Position numbers and translations under genes: made by a program | Shown here: one piece after another, positions 19,364 to 30,558 of the stretch | Layout: each line of letters begins with the position of its first letter | How positions within the stretch are numbered: position 1 is the stretch's first letter | Assembly (NCBI GenBank): GCA_937923515.1 | Contig: CALDUF010000057.1 | Span: 230 to 64,229 of the forward strand | Direction of reading: 5' to 3' | DNA length: 64,000 nt | From: an uncultured Flavobacteriaceae bacterium | GTDB lineage: Bacteria > Bacteroidota > Bacteroidia > Flavobacteriales > Flavobacteriaceae | The notes under the pieces: generated by a model | Seen by the model: only the letters and a program-made list of their open reading frames with translations | Database searches by the model: none | Told to the model about the DNA's origin: nothing

Positions 19364-22000
19364 TTACGACTCTAAACTTTCTAAACTAGCTTTTATAGTG
19401 TCAATTTTTGCTAAAGCATCAGCTTCTTTTTTCTTTTCGCTAGTTACAACTTGCTCTGGTGCATTATTTACAAAACGCTCGTTTGATAATTTCTTTTGAA
19501 CAGATTTTAAGAACCCTTCAGTATAGTTTAATTCTTCTGTTAGCTTTTTAATTTCAGCTTCAACATCAATAGCGCCAGCCATTGGAATAAAATACTCGTT
19601 AGACTTTACACGGTACGTTAGTGCGCCATCTACAGCTTCCTTTACATAATTAATAGCTTCTAAATTGCCTAGTTTTGCTATAACACTATCAAAAGTGCGT
19701 GATGTATTTTCGTTATTGATTACCGAAAACGGAATAGCATCTTTAAACGCAATATTTTTTTGTTTTCTGATGTTTCTAATACCCGAAATAACTTCAGAAG
19801 CAAATTCAAACTCTGAAATTAACGTTGAATTTACAGCCTCCAATTTTGGCCATTTAGCAATTATTAGGGCCTCTTCTGGTGTTCTCTCAGAAATAAATTG
19901 CCAAATCTCTTCTGTTAAGAATGGCATAAACGGATGCAGTATTTTTAGATTTTCTTCAAAAGCAGTAATTACGGCATTGTATGTTTTTGCATCTATGGGT
20001 TGTTGGTATGCAGGCTTAACTATCTCTAATAACCAAGATGAAAAATCATCCATAATCAATTTATAAATAGTCATTAACGCATCACTTAAACGGTATTTAC
20101 TAAAATGATCTTCAATTTCAGCTAAAGCGTTTTGAAATTTAGCGGTATACCATTCTAGTCCAACTTTAGCGGTTTCTGGTTGCTGTAAATTAGCGTCTAT
20201 CTCCCAACCTTTTACTAACCTAAATGCATTCCAAATTTTGTTTCCAAAACCTTTACCTTGTTGGCATAAAGATTCGTCAAACAACAAATCGTTTCCTGCA
20301 GCAGAACTCAGTAGCAGCCCCACACGCACACCGTCTGCCCCGTATGCTTCAATTAACTTTAGTGCATCGGGTGAGTTACCAAGAGATTTACTCATCTTTC
20401 TACGCTGCTTATCTCGCACTAATCCTGTGAGATATACATTTTCAAAAGGCTTTTCATCTTTATATTCATACCCAGCAATAATCATTCGTGCTACCCAAAA
20501 GAATAAAATATCTGGACCTGTTACCAAATCGTTGGTTGGATAGTAGTATTTTATTTCTTCATTTTCTGGATTGCGAATACCATCAAAAACTGACATGGGC
20601 CACAACCAAGACGAAAACCAAGTATCTAAGGCATCTGTATCTTGTTTTAAATCGGCCGCTGAAAGCTCTGAGTTAGATGTTTTTATTCGTGCTTGTTCCA
20701 CAGCTTCCTCAATTGTTTCAGCCACTACAAAATCTTCTTTACCGTCGCCATAGTAATATGCAGGAATTTGTTGTCCCCATAATAATTGGCGTGAAATATT
20801 CCAATCGCGAATGTTCTCCATCCAATGGCGGTAAGTGTTTTCAAATTTCTTTGGAAACAATTTTATATCGTTATCGTGTAACACCGATGTTATTGCCGGT
20901 TTTACCAAATCTTCCATTTTTAAAAACCACTGGTCACTCAGCCTAGGTTCAATTACTGCTTTTGTACGCTCTGATGTTCCTACTTTATTAGTATGCGTTT
21001 CGGTTTTTACCAAAATGCCTAAAGCGTCTAGTTCTTTTGCAACAGCTTTACGCGCCACAAACCTATCCTGTCCTTCAAACTGTAACCCATTACTATTTAA
21101 AGTGGCGTCTTCATGAAATATATCAATAACATCTAGCTTGTGTTTATCACCTAAAACCTTATCATTTTCGTCATGGGCGGGTGTAACTTTTAAACATCCA
21201 GTACCAAATTCAAGATCTACATACTCATCTTCAATAATTGGTATAACGCGGTTACAAATAGGTACAATGGCTTTTTTACCTTTTAAGTGCGTAAAACGTT
21301 CATCGTTTGGGTTGATGCAAATAGCTGTATCACCAAAAATGGTTTCAGGGCGTGTTGTTGCGATGGTTAATGTATCTTCACTTCCATCTATTTTATAATT
21401 TATATAGTATAAATTACCTTGTCGCTCTTCATGAATAACCTCTTCGTCAGACAGGGTAGTTTTCGCCTCAGGATCCCAATTTACCATGCGATACCCGCGG
21501 TAAATTAGGCCTTTATTGTACAAATCAACAAAAACCTTAATTACAGCTTCTGACATATCGTCATCCATTGTAAACTTAGTGCGCTGCCAATCGCAAGAGC
21601 ATCCTAATTTTTTTAATTGTTCTAGAATAACACCGCCATACTCTTCAGTCCAGTCCCAAGCATGTTTTAAAAACGCATCGCGAGACAAATCATTCTTATC
21701 AATACCCTGTTCTTTTAGTTTTGCTACTACTTTTGCTTCTGTAGCTATAGAGGCATGGTCTGTTCCTGGCACCCAACACGCATTTTTACCTTGTAATCTT
21801 GCACGACGAATCAATACATCTTGAATCGTATTATTTAACATGTGCCCCATGTGAAGAATACCTGTAACGTTTGGTGGCGGTATTACTATGGTGTAAGGTT
21901 CTCTATCATCTGGTGTAGAATGAAAATAATTGTGTTTCATCCAGTAATCATACCACTTGTTTTCTACCTTAATTGCATCGTATTTTGATGGGATTTGCAT
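19364..22000 (-). CDS. valS: Valine--tRNA ligase
   Basis: [13 protein letters not shown] and KMSKS motifs, C-terminal coiled coil. Start at ATG 22000 because a TACTTTTG promoter at 22031-22038 overlaps the longer ORF start. Confidence 0.98.
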   Translation of the reverse strand: MQIPSKYDAIKVENKWYDYWMKHNYFHSTPDDREPYTIVIPPPNVTGILHMGHMLNNTIQDVLIRRARLQGKNACWVPGTDHASIATEAKVVAKLKEQGIDKNDLSRDAFLKHAWDWTEEYGGVILEQLKKLGCSCDWQRTKFTMDDDMSEAVIKVFVDLYNKGLIYRGYRMVNWDPEAKTTLSDEEVIHEERQGNLYYINYKIDGSEDTLTIATTRPETIFGDTAICINPNDERFTHLKGKKAIVPICNRVIPIIEDEYVDLEFGTGCLKVTPAHDENDKVLGDKHKLDVIDIFHEDATLNSNGLQFEGQDRFVARKAVAKELDALGILVKTETHTNKVGTSERTKAVIEPRLSDQWFLKMEDLVKPAITSVLHDNDIKLFPKKFENTYRHWMENIRDWNISRQLLWGQQIPAYYYGDGKEDFVVAETIEEAVEQARIKTSNSELSAADLKQDTDALDTWFSSWLWPMSVFDGIRNPENEEIKYYYPTNDLVTGPDILFFWVARMIIAGYEYKDEKPFENVYLTGLVRDKQRRKMSKSLGNSPDALKLIEAYGADGVRVGLLLSSAAGNDLLFDESLCQQGKGFGNKIWNAFRLVKGWEIDANLQQPETAKVGLEWYTAKFQNALAEIEDHFSKYRLSDALMTIYKLIMDDFSSWLLEIVKPAYQQPIDAKTYNAVITAFEENLKILHPFMPFLTEEIWQFISERTPEEALIIAKWPKLEAVNSTLISEFEFASEVISGIRNIRKQKNIAFKDAIPFSVINNENTSRTFDSVIAKLGNLEAINYVKEAVDGALTYRVKSNEYFIPMAGAIDVEAEIKKLTEELNYTEGFLKSVQKKLSNERFVNNAPEQVVTSEKKKEADALAKIDTIKASLESLES

Positions 22001-22173
22001 ACTTTGGAACAGTTTTTGACTTTTAATTGGCAAAAGTACTTATATTTCTTTTCCTGTGAAAGTTGATAGGAAATTGCCAAATGTTAAGATTACGGTAATA
22101 CGTCTATTATTTTTGCAATTTGTAGAAAAAGTACCTATGTTTGAATTGAATAATAACCATTAATTACAAAAAG

Positions 22174-22599
22174 ATGAAACATTTATTTACACTTTTATTT
22201 GTAGGGTTAATTAGTTTCTCGCTTAATGCGCAAGAAAAAATTGCTAAAATAGAGTTTAAAGACACCACTATTGATTATGGCACAATCGATAAAGGTGCAA
22301 ATGGTGTAAGAACGTTTGAATTTACTAACACTGGTAATGCGCCATTAATTATATCAAAAGTAAGTTCTAGCTGCGGATGTACCATTCCCAAAAAACCAGA
22401 TGGTCCAATTATGCCCGGTGAAACTGGAAATATTGAGGTAAAATACGACACAAATAGAGTAAATCCTATAAGAAAAACAATCACTGTAATGTCTAATGCA
22501 GATACGCCAACTGTTGCATTAAAAATTAAAGGTTTGGTTGTAGATCCTTCTAAAAATAATGTTCTAGAAAAAAAGAGTAAGAGCGTTGTTGAACAATAA
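22174..22599 (+). CDS. DUF1573 domain Ig-like secreted protein
   Basis: FEFTNTGNAPLII...SSCGCT...PIMPGE motif. Confidence 0.88.
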   Translation: MKHLFTLLFVGLISFSLNAQEKIAKIEFKDTTIDYGTIDKGANGVRTFEFTNTGNAPLIISKVSSSCGCTIPKKPDGPIMPGETGNIEVKYDTNRVNPIRKTITVMSNADTPTVALKIKGLVVDPSKNNVLEKKSKSVVEQ

Positions 22600-22624
22600 A
22601 TAGCAATTACCTTTAAAATAATAG

Positions 22625-22653
22625 AAACCTAGATGTAATGTCTAGGTTTTTTT
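22625..22653 (+). terminator. Intrinsic terminator after the DUF1573 gene
   Basis: AAACCTAGA...TCTAGGTTT followed by a T-run. Confidence 0.8.
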
Positions 22654-22867
22654 ATGCAATATTATTGCAATTTCTGTATCCTTTTAAAGGAGGATATAAC
22701 CTAAAGAAAAACTAAATAAAAATACCTGTAATACTTTCTTAATTATAAATACAAAAAATTGCTAAACATCAAGTTACAAATCTTTACATTGTCACATTAA
22801 TTTACCTTTATTTTTTATAAATACTTTAAAGATAATTTTTGCAACTTTGCGCACTAATATCAATTGA

Positions 22868-24058
22868 ATGCCAACAATATCAGAAAAAGGGCTTAACATG
22901 CCCGAATCTCCAATTAGAAAACTAGTGCCTTTTGCAGAAAAAGCTGAAGCAGAGGGGAAACATGTTTACTATCTTAATATTGGACAGCCTGATATTAAAA
23001 CCCCCGAAATAGCTTTAAACGCTGTTAAAAATAATACTATTGAGGTACTGTCCTACTCGCGTTCTGAAGGCTCTGATACTTACAGAAAAAAACTTGCAGA
23101 TTATTACAGTTATCATAATATAAAAGTAGACCTTAATGATATTATTGTAACTACAGGTGCAAGTGAAGCCATTGCTTTTATTTTTGGAAGTATTATGGAT
23201 CCTGATGATGAAGTTATAATTTGCGAACCGTTTTATGCCAACTACATTGCATTTGCTACTGCTACTAGTGTGAAAGTTAAACCCATAATTTCTAAAATTG
23301 AAGATAATTTTGCTTTACCTGCAGTGGCTGAGTTTGAAAAACTAATTACAAACCGCACAAAGGCCATAATGATTTGTAACCCAGGCAACCCAACTGGTTA
23401 TTTATATTCTAAAGAAGAAATAGAGCAATTGGCAGCCTTGGTTAAAAAGCACGATTTATTTTTAATTTCAGATGAAGTGTATAGAGAGTTTACTTATGAT
23501 GGTAAATCGCACTACTCTATTTTAGAATTAGAAGGTTTAGATGAACATACCATAATGATTGATTCTGTCTCTAAACGTTACAGCATGTGCGGCGCAAGAA
23601 TTGGTTGCTTAGTTACTAGAAACGAAATTATTAGGCATACGGTTTTAAAATTTGCGCAGGCACGCTTAAGTCCGCCCACTTACGCGCAAATTGCTAGTGA
23701 AGCTGCTTTAAGTACGCCACAAAGTTATTTTGAAGACGTAAAACATGAATATATAGAGCGTCGGGATACTTTAATTACAGAATTGCAGAACATAAAAGGT
23801 GTTACGGTTGCTATTCCAAAAGGAGCATTTTATTGCATTGCAGAACTTCCTGTAAAAAATGCTGATCATTTTGCGCAATGGCTATTAGAATCGTTTAATT
23901 TTGAAAATGAAACAGTTATGGTGGCACCCGCAAGTGGTTTTTACTCTACGCCAGGTTTAGGCGCAAACCAAATTAGAATTGCCTACGTACTTAATAAACA
24001 ACAATTGATTAAAGCAGCCACTATTTTAAAAGAAGCACTAAAAGTTTATAAAGATTGA
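22868..24058 (+). CDS. Class I/II PLP-dependent aminotransferase (aspartate aminotransferase-like)
   Basis: NIGQPD, CNPGNPTG, SDEVY and SVSKRYSMCGARIG motifs. Confidence 0.92.
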   Translation: MPTISEKGLNMPESPIRKLVPFAEKAEAEGKHVYYLNIGQPDIKTPEIALNAVKNNTIEVLSYSRSEGSDTYRKKLADYYSYHNIKVDLNDIIVTTGASEAIAFIFGSIMDPDDEVIICEPFYANYIAFATATSVKVKPIISKIEDNFALPAVAEFEKLITNRTKAIMICNPGNPTGYLYSKEEIEQLAALVKKHDLFLISDEVYREFTYDGKSHYSILELEGLDEHTIMIDSVSKRYSMCGARIGCLVTRNEIIRHTVLKFAQARLSPPTYAQIASEAALSTPQSYFEDVKHEYIERRDTLITELQNIKGVTVAIPKGAFYCIAELPVKNADHFAQWLLESFNFENETVMVAPASGFYSTPGLGANQIRIAYVLNKQQLIKAATILKEALKVYKD

Positions 24059-25071
24059 TAGAAGTACAACAAAATAAATCCTTAAAAAACTATAATACCT
24101 TTGGTATTGATGTTAAAGCAGAATATTTTGTTGCGGTTTCAACTGTTGAAGCATTAGAACATGTTGTAGCACTTAATGACTATCCCGAAAAACTACTTTT
24201 AGGAGGTGGCAGTAATATGCTACTTACCAAAAATCAAAAAAAACTTGTAATACACCTAAATTTAAAAGGCATTTCCATAGAAAAGGAAGATGAAGATTTT
24301 GTATGGGTTAAAGCTAATGCAGGCGAAAACTGGCATGCGTTTGTATTGTGGTGCTTAGCACAAAATTTTGGTGGTTTAGAAAACCTATCCCTTATTCCTG
24401 GTAATGTTGGTACTGCTCCTATTCAAAATATTGGAGCTTATGGTGTGGAGTTAAAAGACACTTTTGTGTCTTGCAACGCTATACATATTAAAACACGAAA
24501 AACACAAACGTTTACCAAAGCTCAATGTAATTTTGGTTATAGAAATTCTATTTTTAAAAATGAAGTAAAAGGGCAATATGTAATAACTTCTGTTCTATTT
24601 AAGCTAACAAAATACAAGCATCAACTTAAAATGGATTATGGTGCTATAACATCAGAATTGAAAGCTCAAAATATCACAAATCCTACAATTCAAGATATAT
24701 CAAAAGCAGTAATTACTATTAGAGAAAGTAAGCTACCAAATCCTAAAGATATCGGCAACAGTGGTAGTTTTTTTAAAAATCCAGTGATTTCAAAATCAAA
24801 ATTTAAAACGCTTCAAAAAAATTTCAAAAACATTCCTAGCTACCCAATTTCAGAAGATAAAGTAAAAGTGCCTGCTGGTTGGCTTATTGAAACAGCTGGG
24901 TTTAAAGGCAAACGCTTTGGTAATTATGGCGTTCATAAACATCAGGCTTTAGTTTTAGTAAATTATGGTGGTGCTAAAGGTGGGGATATTTTAAACCTCT
25001 CAAAATTAATTCAAAAAACCGTGTTACGATTGTTTGACATTTCAATTGAAGCCGAAGTAAATATTTTATAG
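24055..25071 (+). CDS. murB: UDP-N-acetylenolpyruvoylglucosamine reductase
   Basis: NTFGI, GGGSN, IPG, QNIGAYG, GSFFKNP and EAEV motifs; TTG start overlapping the upstream stop. Confidence 0.95.
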   Translation: MIEVQQNKSLKNYNTFGIDVKAEYFVAVSTVEALEHVVALNDYPEKLLLGGGSNMLLTKNQKKLVIHLNLKGISIEKEDEDFVWVKANAGENWHAFVLWCLAQNFGGLENLSLIPGNVGTAPIQNIGAYGVELKDTFVSCNAIHIKTRKTQTFTKAQCNFGYRNSIFKNEVKGQYVITSVLFKLTKYKHQLKMDYGAITSELKAQNITNPTIQDISKAVITIRESKLPNPKDIGNSGSFFKNPVISKSKFKTLQKNFKNIPSYPISEDKVKVPAGWLIETAGFKGKRFGNYGVHKHQALVLVNYGGAKGGDILNLSKLIQKTVLRLFDISIEAEVNIL

Positions 25072-25141
25072 TTTAAATAAATTTATAACTTTGGCGTTTA
25101 TCTGTATCTGTTGAACACCAACTAATTAAACCTGCAATACA

Positions 25142-25672
25142 TTGATTTCAAACATAGAAAAAGAAATTGTCAGTTTATTAAAAAATAGTGACAAACGCGC
25201 TATTTCACTACTCTATGAAAATTATGCCGATGCGCTTTATGGCGTTATACGAAAGGTTATTAAAGATGAAGATACAGCTCAAGATGTATTACAGGAAACA
25301 TTTGTAAAAATTTGGCGTTATGCAAAGAAGTATGATGCAACTAAAGCAAAATTATTTACGTGGTTATACCGAATAGCCTATAACACCGCCATTGATAAAA
25401 CAAGGTCTTTAAAAAATAAAACCGAGAAAGAAGTCCAAATTGAGACTTCTAGCGTATATAAAATAACAACAAATGCTTTAAATCAAGATGTTTTAGATAT
25501 TAAAACCCATTTAAGCACCTTAGATGAAAAGTACCAAATTGTAATAAACGCCCTTTTTTTTGAGGGTATGACCCAACAAGAAGCAAGTGACGAACTTGAT
25601 ATTCCGTTAGGAACTATAAAATCGAGATTAAAAATTGGATTGAGAGAATTAAAAAAGATTTACAATCCGTAA
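25142..25672 (+). CDS. ECF RNA polymerase sigma factor (SigK-like)
   Basis: AQDVLQETFVKIW, FTWLYRIA and PLGTIKSRL; TAACTTTG promoter at 25086-25093. Confidence 0.92.
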   Translation: MISNIEKEIVSLLKNSDKRAISLLYENYADALYGVIRKVIKDEDTAQDVLQETFVKIWRYAKKYDATKAKLFTWLYRIAYNTAIDKTRSLKNKTEKEVQIETSSVYKITTNALNQDVLDIKTHLSTLDEKYQIVINALFFEGMTQQEASDELDIPLGTIKSRLKIGLRELKKIYNP

Positions 25673-25684
25673 TGAAACCAAATC

Positions 25685-26473
25685 ATGAATGAGAAAATAA
25701 CTACTTTTTTAAGTTCAGGCCTATTAGATAAATATCTTATGGGCACTACAACTGATGCAGAAGCGCAGCAGGTTGAAACCTACATTTCAAAATATCCTGA
25801 GGTACAAAATGCATACAACACGCTACAATATAATCTAGAAATTGTTGCAAAAAGCAATGCTGTAGAAGCACCTAAACATATTTTAAATACTGTTTTAGAA
25901 ACACTTGATGATGCACCCGTAATAACTTTAGCTCGAAAAGAAAAGTACAAAAAGTGGTATAAGTTTAGTATTGCTGCAAGTGTTGCCGCTATTGCTTTTG
26001 CCGCTAGTTCGTATTTATTTTATAATCAAAATCAAAAGCTCAATGAAGAAAACCAAGTAGTTGTTGATGAAATATTTGATTTAAGAAGCGATATTGAGCA
26101 AAACAACAAAAAACTAGATGCTGTTATGGAGCAGTTTAAACGTTTGAATGACCCCAACACCTACAAGTATATTATGAAAGGTAATGATAGGGCTAGAAAT
26201 TTAAAAACTGTAGCATACATAAATCCTAAAGAAAAAACGTCTATGATAGATGTGGTATCATTACCACAACTCCCAGAAGAGCAATGCTACCAAATTTGGG
26301 CAGACTTGCAGGGTAAAATGGTAAGTTTAGGTATATTAAGTGAAACTGATAGCCATTTAAAAAGGATACCTTTTACTGAAAACGCAAGTGGTTTAAATAT
26401 TACGATAGAGCCTAAAGGCGGAAATGCTGTGGCATCTTTAGAAAATACTGTAGCTGAAATTAGCTTACAATAA
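25685..26473 (+). CDS. Anti-sigma factor (RskA-like)
   Basis: SGLLDKY N-terminus, one TM helix, coiled coil and C-terminal YQIW...ITIEPKGG. Confidence 0.88.
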   Translation: MNEKITTFLSSGLLDKYLMGTTTDAEAQQVETYISKYPEVQNAYNTLQYNLEIVAKSNAVEAPKHILNTVLETLDDAPVITLARKEKYKKWYKFSIAASVAAIAFAASSYLFYNQNQKLNEENQVVVDEIFDLRSDIEQNNKKLDAVMEQFKRLNDPNTYKYIMKGNDRARNLKTVAYINPKEKTSMIDVVSLPQLPEEQCYQIWADLQGKMVSLGILSETDSHLKRIPFTENASGLNITIEPKGGNAVASLENTVAEISLQ

Positions 26474-26491
26474 GCAATATTTTTTATATTG

Positions 26492-26528
26492 AAAAAGCCT
26501 CTTTTCCCTTAAAAGAAAGAGGCTTTTT
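26492..26528. terminator. Bidirectional terminator between the anti-sigma gene and aqpZ
   Basis: AAAAAGCCTCTTT...AAAGAGGCTTTTT. Confidence 0.8.
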
Positions 26529-26565
26529 ACTAGCTATTAATAACTCTTATTACAAGTTATTCTAT

Positions 26566-27252
26566 TTATTCCTTATCAAAAAATGCTTTATGTATAAATC
26601 CTGCAACTATAGCACCTGCAATTGGGGCTAGCCAAAACAGCCATAGTTGTGCAGTAAAATCGCCACCAGCAAATAATGCTTGACTTGTAGACCTTGCTGG
26701 ATTTACTGATGTATTAGAAATTGGTATACTAATTAAATGAATAAGCGTTAAGGCTAAACCTATGGCTATACCCGCAAACCCCTTTGGCGCTTTTGGATAG
26801 GTACTTCCTAAAATAATCAAAAGGAAAAACATAGTAAGTACAAACTCAGCTACTAATACTGAAACCATACTATAACCTCCTGGAGATAGTTCGCCATAAC
26901 CGTTTGCCGCAAAACCACCAATATCTGTAAAATCAGATTTACCAGATACTATAAGATACAAAACACCTGCGGCTGCAATTGCTCCAACAACTTGGGCAAT
27001 AATGTAACCTAAAAGATGTTTACCTTCAAATTTTCCTCCTGCCCATAAACCTAAAGATACAGCAGGATTAAAATGTGCTCCTGATACATGTCCTACAGCA
27101 TAAGCCATAGTTAGTACCGTTAAACCAAACGCAAGCGATACTCCTAACAGTCCGATACCAACGTCTGGAAAAGCAGCAGCATATATTGCGCTACCACAAC
27201 CTCCAAAAACGAGCCAAAATGTTCCAAAAAACTCTGCTAATAATTTTTTCAT
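26566..27252 (-). CDS. aqpZ: Aquaporin Z
   Basis: Two NPA motifs (HFNPAVS, SVNPARS) and [17 protein letters not shown]. Confidence 0.96.
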   Translation of the reverse strand: MKKLLAEFFGTFWLVFGGCGSAIYAAAFPDVGIGLLGVSLAFGLTVLTMAYAVGHVSGAHFNPAVSLGLWAGGKFEGKHLLGYIIAQVVGAIAAAGVLYLIVSGKSDFTDIGGFAANGYGELSPGGYSMVSVLVAEFVLTMFFLLIILGSTYPKAPKGFAGIAIGLALTLIHLISIPISNTSVNPARSTSQALFAGGDFTAQLWLFWLAPIAGAIVAGFIHKAFFDKE

Positions 27253-27401
27253 AATGTAAAATGATTTAATTGGTTAGTAATAAAATGTAATACATTAAAA
27301 ATGAGACACCTAAAAAACAAATAAGTCACATTATCATAATTATGAATTAATTAGAGCTATGATTTTTTCTAAAAATCGTATCTTTGTTTAAAATAATTTC
27401 C

Positions 27402-27608
27402 ATGAAACTTTTTCTAATTACACTACTACTTTTAGGTCTTGGCGTTGCTGGAATTGCTATTAAAATATGGGCTAAAAAAGACGGTAAATTTGCTGGAACT
27501 TGTGCTAGCCAAAACCCAATGTTAAACCAAGAAGGTGAAGCTTGCGGTTTTTGCGGAAAAACACCAGATAAGTTTAGTGATTGTAATGAACCACAACACT
27601 CTAAGTAG
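27402..27608 (+). CDS. Small single-TM, four-cysteine protein (NqrM/DUF539-like architecture)
   Basis: TM helix followed by GTC...CGFC...C; TATCTTTG promoter at 27379-27386 supports the start at 27402. Confidence 0.75.
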   Translation: MKLFLITLLLLGLGVAGIAIKIWAKKDGKFAGTCASQNPMLNQEGEACGFCGKTPDKFSDCNEPQHSK

Positions 27609-27614
27609 TAATAG

Positions 27615-28730
27615 ATGATAATTCTTGATATTGCACTCTACGCGCTAGTTGTAGTTGTTTTAATTCAAGTTTTCTTTCACTTATATATCTTAGGAACCTT
27701 TGCTTTTAGCAAAACACAACACATAAATAAAAATTCAAAAACACCGGTTTCTGTTATTATTTGTGCCAAAAATGAAGCAGAAAACCTTAAAGCTTTTTTA
27801 CCTTCAATTGTCAATCAAGAATATCATAACTTCGAAATTGTTTTAATAAACGATAACTCTTATGATGAAACTTTAGACATTATGGAAGGGTTTTCAAAAA
27901 ACTATAAAAACATAAAAATAGTAAACGCAGTTCCCGTTGAAACGTTTTGGGGTAATAAAAAATACCCACTTACCCTAGGGATAAAAGCAGCAACTCATAA
28001 CGTTTTACTATTTACTGACGCCGATTGTAAACCTGTTTCTAAATACTGGATTAAAGAGATGGTTTCAAATTTTGATATTGAAACATCTATAGTTTTAGGT
28101 TATGGCGGCTATATGAAAGTAAAGAATTCAATACTTAATAAACTCATAAGATTTGAAACTTTAAGTGCAGCAACATCCTACCTCTCTTTTGCAAAAATTG
28201 GCATACCCTACATGGGCGTTGGCAGAAACCTAGCATATACTAAAACGCAATTTTTTAAAGTAAATGGTTTTATGAAACACATGCGCATTCGCTCTGGTGA
28301 TGACGATTTATTTATAAATGAAGCCGCTACACGAAAAAATACGCGTATTTGTGTCACTAAAAACAGCTTTACGCTATCTAATCCTAAAACATCTTTTAAA
28401 AACTGGTTTAGGCAAAAACGCAGGCATGTCTCTACTGCAAATCATTACAAACTAAACCATAAAGTGTTGCTTACCCTGTTCTATAGTTCTAGCTTTTTAT
28501 TTTGGGTATTAGCAATAGCGCTTTTGGGCTTTGGGCACAAACCTATTTATATAGGTATATTAGTTTTTATAAGATGTATTGCGTTTTTATTTACTTACGG
28601 CTATTCTGCTAAAAAGCTTAATGAAAAAGACTTAATTATGATATCTCCGTTTTTAGAAATCTTTTTAATTATTTTTCAATTAGCTATCTTTATAAATAAT
28701 ATAATCTCAAAACCCAATCATTGGAAATAG
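27615..28730 (+). CDS. Membrane GT2 family glycosyltransferase
   Basis: SVIICAKNE, FTDADC, SGDDD and QKRRH (QxxRW-like) motifs; C-terminal TM helices. Confidence 0.9.
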   Translation: MIILDIALYALVVVVLIQVFFHLYILGTFAFSKTQHINKNSKTPVSVIICAKNEAENLKAFLPSIVNQEYHNFEIVLINDNSYDETLDIMEGFSKNYKNIKIVNAVPVETFWGNKKYPLTLGIKAATHNVLLFTDADCKPVSKYWIKEMVSNFDIETSIVLGYGGYMKVKNSILNKLIRFETLSAATSYLSFAKIGIPYMGVGRNLAYTKTQFFKVNGFMKHMRIRSGDDDLFINEAATRKNTRICVTKNSFTLSNPKTSFKNWFRQKRRHVSTANHYKLNHKVLLTLFYSSSFLFWVLAIALLGFGHKPIYIGILVFIRCIAFLFTYGYSAKKLNEKDLIMISPFLEIFLIIFQLAIFINNIISKPNHWK

Positions 28731-29272
28731 AAGAAGCAATCTCTCGTGCTAAACAAAATGACCAGAAGGCCTTTAATTATCTATTAGATTTATATTGGGA
28801 TAGTGTGTATGGTTTTCAATTAAAACGTGTACAAAACGAAAACGACGCTGAAGATATAACCATTCAAACCTTTTCTAGGGCTTTTGATAAAATTGCAAGC
28901 TTTAATGAAACGTACACCTTTAAAACTTGGTTGATTACCATTTCAAAAAACATTCATATTGATTTAGTAAGAAAGGAAAAAAATTCTATTGCCCGCGTTA
29001 TTTCTAAAGATGACACTAAAGCATATCAGGTACTAGATGAATCGCCTACTGTGGAAGATAAACTTATCACTGAGCAAAATTTAGCCAATTTACTTAGAGA
29101 TATAAAAAAGTTAAAGCCCCATTATCAAAAAGTGATAAATCTTCGATATTTTCAAGAATTAAGCTATAAAGACATCTCAAAAGAATTGGACGAACCTATA
29201 AACAATGTTAAAGTAAAGCTACTTCGCGCCAAAAAACTGCTTGCCGAAGTAATTACCAATAAAAATGACTAA
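28721..29272 (+). CDS. ECF RNA polymerase sigma factor
   Basis: DAEDITIQTF, FKTWL and SYKDIS...VKVKLLRAK; TTG start overlapping the GT2 end. Confidence 0.9.
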   Translation: MEIEEAISRAKQNDQKAFNYLLDLYWDSVYGFQLKRVQNENDAEDITIQTFSRAFDKIASFNETYTFKTWLITISKNIHIDLVRKEKNSIARVISKDDTKAYQVLDESPTVEDKLITEQNLANLLRDIKKLKPHYQKVINLRYFQELSYKDISKELDEPINNVKVKLLRAKKLLAEVITNKND

Positions 29273-30509
29273 AATTGTAAAACAACTAGGCCCTGGATTA
29301 TTATTTGCAGGAGCTGCCATTGGCGTATCGCACTTGGTACAATCTACAAGGGCTGGGGCAGATTTTGGTTTGGGCTTAGTGTGGGCACTAATTTTAGTTA
29401 CGCTATGTAAATATCCTTTTTTTCAATACGGGCCACGTTATGCAGCCGCTACCGGAGAAAGTCTTTTAGATGGTTATAAAAAATTAGGCAAGGGCACGCT
29501 AATAATGTATTACTTACTTTCTTTAGGCACTATGTTTGTAATACAAATGGCTGTAACTATAGTAACAGCGGGTATCGCGTCATCTTTATTCTACGAGTTT
29601 GCACCAACTAAAATAGCATCTATTTCTTTAAACAGTGTACAAATTTGGTCGGTTATTATTCTTGCTGTCTGCTTATCGCTATTACTTTTCGGGAAATACA
29701 AACTCCTAGATCATCTTATTAAAATAATAATTGTAACACTTTCTATAAGTACTATTGTTGCTGTAATAATGGCTTTGTTTAATAACAATACCTCATTATC
29801 TCTTACGCAGGTGCTTCCTAAAAATAGTATAGAAATTGCATTTTTAATAGCTTTTATGGGTTGGATGCCTGGGCCGTTAGATATTTCTGTTTGGCATTCT
29901 TTATGGACTTTAGAGAAAAAAAAGACCCAAGAAACGTTATCAACCAAAAGTGCGCTTTTCGATTTCAATGTAGGCTATATAAGCACCATAATTTTAGGTA
30001 TGTGCTTTGTACTTTTAGGAGCTTTGGTAATGTATAGTAGTGGTGCTACCTTTAGTAGTGCTGCTAGTGTTTTTGCTAGTCAGCTTATTGATATGTATAC
30101 CAGTAGTTTAGGTAATTGGGCGTACATTATAATCGGTGTTGCTGCATTTACTACCATGTTTAGCACCACACTTACTACGCTAGATGCTTCACCGCGGTCT
30201 ATGGATAGAACTTCAGAATTATTATTAAACAAACCTTTTAAATTTGGCTATTTGTTTTGGATTATTTTACTCTGTTTAGGCACCATATATATATTTCTGT
30301 TTTTAGGTTCTGAAATGGGATTACTCATTAAAATAGCAACCATACTTTCTTTTATTACAGCACCTTTTTATGCCATTATTAATTATGCGCTTATATCTGG
30401 AAAATTTACACCAAAAGAGTGGCGCCCCTCTGTAGCACTCCACATTTTAAGCTGGATAGGAATTTTGTTTTTACTCGGGTTTAGTATCTGGTATCTTACA
30501 ACGCTATAA
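29265..30509 (+). CDS. NRAMP/MntH-related (YcsG-like) membrane transporter
   Basis: GPGLLFAGAAIGVSHLVQSTRAGA and about 11 TM helices. Confidence 0.8.
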   Translation: MTKIVKQLGPGLLFAGAAIGVSHLVQSTRAGADFGLGLVWALILVTLCKYPFFQYGPRYAAATGESLLDGYKKLGKGTLIMYYLLSLGTMFVIQMAVTIVTAGIASSLFYEFAPTKIASISLNSVQIWSVIILAVCLSLLLFGKYKLLDHLIKIIIVTLSISTIVAVIMALFNNNTSLSLTQVLPKNSIEIAFLIAFMGWMPGPLDISVWHSLWTLEKKKTQETLSTKSALFDFNVGYISTIILGMCFVLLGALVMYSSGATFSSAASVFASQLIDMYTSSLGNWAYIIIGVAAFTTMFSTTLTTLDASPRSMDRTSELLLNKPFKFGYLFWIILLCLGTIYIFLFLGSEMGLLIKIATILSFITAPFYAIINYALISGKFTPKEWRPSVALHILSWIGILFLLGFSIWYLTTL

Positions 30510-30533
30510 TTCATCTTTTTATAGAATACTTCG

Positions 30534-30541
30534 TATCTTTG
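30534..30541 (+). promoter_or_regulatory. Sigma-A -7 element (TATCTTTG) for lipA
   Basis: Exact TAnnTTTG ending 18 nt before the ATG. Confidence 0.7.
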
Positions 30542-30558
30542 CAATTCAATTTTTAGCA

